This document shows positions 62,026 through 64,000 of a DNA stretch of 64,000 bases, in pieces (the stretch's first letter is position 1; each line of letters opens with the position of its first letter). Source of the stretch: the human T2T-CHM13v2.0 reference genome, Homo sapiens; NCBI RefSeq assembly GCF_009914755.1, contig NC_060941.1. One strand, written 5' to 3'. The notes under the pieces were generated by a model. It was given only the letters and a program-made list of their open reading frames with translations, had not been told where the DNA came from and did no database searches. Position numbers and translations under genes: made by a program.

Positions 62026-64000
62026 TCTAACACCTACACTCCTGAATGTGATGACACTGGACTCCTGGGTGGAGAGACTTCAAAGGCATCCAACAGCCAC
62101 CCCTGAGCCCCCACCCAAATGATACCTGCACTCTGAGGCCTCCTTCCTGCCACCAGGCTGCCTTCAGCTCCTCTCCTTCCTCCCCCATGAGATGGATGCT
62201 ACCTCCCGTGTGTGGCTAAAACCTACAGCCAAGCTGAACCACCTGTTTGTCTTCAGGGAGGAGGAACTGGCTCATCTCTTAAAGTCGTAGGTTCTAGATG
62301 AAGATGGTCCTTGCCTTCTTCACACCCCACCCCCACCAGAGCCTGCTGCTCCCCTCTAGGAGTCACATCTGGGGAGGGTCCTTCCAGGGGCTTTGCGGGC
62401 AACCCTAGGCACCCTGTCAACATCCCCTCACCATGACCAGCCCCAGGGGAGGGTACCTCTACAAAGAACTGCAAATGAGAAGCTTTTCTCAGCAGGGAAG
62501 AGCATTTCTGAAATATTCTGTCCTCACAGACACAATCCCAGTCAAAGGGTAACTGCTTTATGAGCTCCGAGCTACTGCCCACACAGACAGGAAATCATTT
62601 CCTAAATGATGGAGGAAGAGGGAAAACTCGTCCTGGGGCCCGGCTGTGCCCAGCACTTCCTAGTTCTTCCCATTGGCTAGGCTCTCCTGCCTAATTTCTA
62701 ACTTACTAAAGACCTTGCCTTGGGCTTGGCTAGAGGAGACCCTGGCTCTCTCTTCAGGACAGGATGATAACACAAGACAACAGTAACAGCTCAGCTTTGT
62801 TAAGCACTTATTATGTCCTGGGCACTATGTGCTTTACATGATTCATCCTCTCTAGTCCCCACAATTACTCTCTGAGTCTGAATGATCTTGTTATTAGCCC
62901 CATTTTACAGATGAGCAAACCAAGGCTCAATCAACCTATGTCACTTGCCCCACGTACCTTAAAGGTTAAAGCCCAGGTCTGCCGCTGCCAGGCCCCTTTC
63001 CACCACGTGAACTAGTACCAGGAGGGAGAGGGTCTGAGTGTGGCTTCCCTGAGACAAAGCGCTCATGCTTCATGGTGTGTGCGGCTGTGTGTGCGGCTCT
63101 GGGGCAGGCTGTGAGTCAAGAAGAACCAGGAGTGATGGCAGGGCTGAGGTTGGCTCTAGGGCTGGGAGGAGCGTGGTTAAAGCCACGGACCCTGGATCCA
63201 GAACGCCTGAGTTCACATCTTGGCTCTTATCAGCTGTGTGACCTGTGTCTCAGTTTCTTCATCTGGAATATGGGGATAATAAAAGCAGCTACCCCATGGG
63301 GTGGTGGTGAGGATAGATGAGTTCATATGCATAAAGGGCTTAGAGCAGGGTGTGGAACACAGGAAGTGTCACATGGGTTAGCGGCTATTGTTATTATTAT
63401 CATTATCCAGGGGACATCCAGGGCACAGAGCCAGGACCACAGCTGACAAGATGGGCTGATGGGGACATTGCCGCCTCCACACTTGCCTGCCCTGGTGCCA
63501 AGTCCCTCCCTGAGCCCTGGCATGCTCCTCGGCCTTGCTGGGCTGGGCGCCTGTTTGCAGTGTGATTACAGGATTAAATGCTGTGATTGCCACAAATTAC
63601 TATGGCAAGGCTATAAATACATTGCAGGGAAGACATGAGGGTCCTGTTGTCTCCTGGGCACGATGCCCTCTGTTAGGTGGGGGCTGGACTCTGCGCCCTC
63701 ACCCATTACAAAGGCCAAGGAGCACCTCCATCTTTGATCTGTCTGGAGCCAGCTCCCTCGCGACCCATGTGATGCTCTGGGCATCAAATCGGTGGATGAC
63801 TGCTGCATCCTGGCCACCAACGATGTTGAGGCCGTGCCTGGTTCCGTGGGGATGGGAGCCTCAGGCCAGAGACTGGGCAGGATTGTCCTCAGTATCCCTC
63901 ACTCCTCCCTAGCAGGAGGAAAGAGTCTCACCTCCTACGCTGTTTGGGGACAGAGCCTTGCTTCCTTTCCATGCACAAAAGCCAGGAATGCTTTGCTCTG

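Overview
Human (primate) genomic DNA that I recognise as the chr17p13.2 AIPL1-PIMREG-PITPNM3 locus. It holds three genes. (1) The complete AIPL1 coding region: minus strand, 6 exons, 1155 nt = 384 aa + stop, ending in a proline-rich tail built from 12-bp repeats. (2) The complete PIMREG/FAM64A gene: plus strand, CpG-island promoter with three CCAAT boxes and a CHR, one GC-AG intron, and two alternative C-termini (248 and 238 aa). (3) The last 16 coding exons plus a ~4-kb 3'UTR of PITPNM3/NIR1: minus strand; its 5' exons lie beyond the window. All exon boundaries were read from the sequence and their phases are consistent. The rest is Alu, L1, L2, LTR and DNA-transposon remnants and simple repeats; repeat family names are from memory and unverified. 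Almost all ORF-track entries outside these exons are spurious. I see no evidence of a wholly new gene system. The most unusual unexplained structures are: an 8-unit ~24.5-bp array of nuclear-receptor DR1-like elements in PITPNM3 intron 12; an adenosine-free branch window and ~485-nt AG-exclusion zone before the last PITPNM3 exon; a chimeric templated insertion in intron 13 that starts exactly at the intron-11 5' splice site; a possible Cys-Asp-His hydrolase triad in PITPNM3; and an octamer-bearing solo LTR between AIPL1 and PIMREG.
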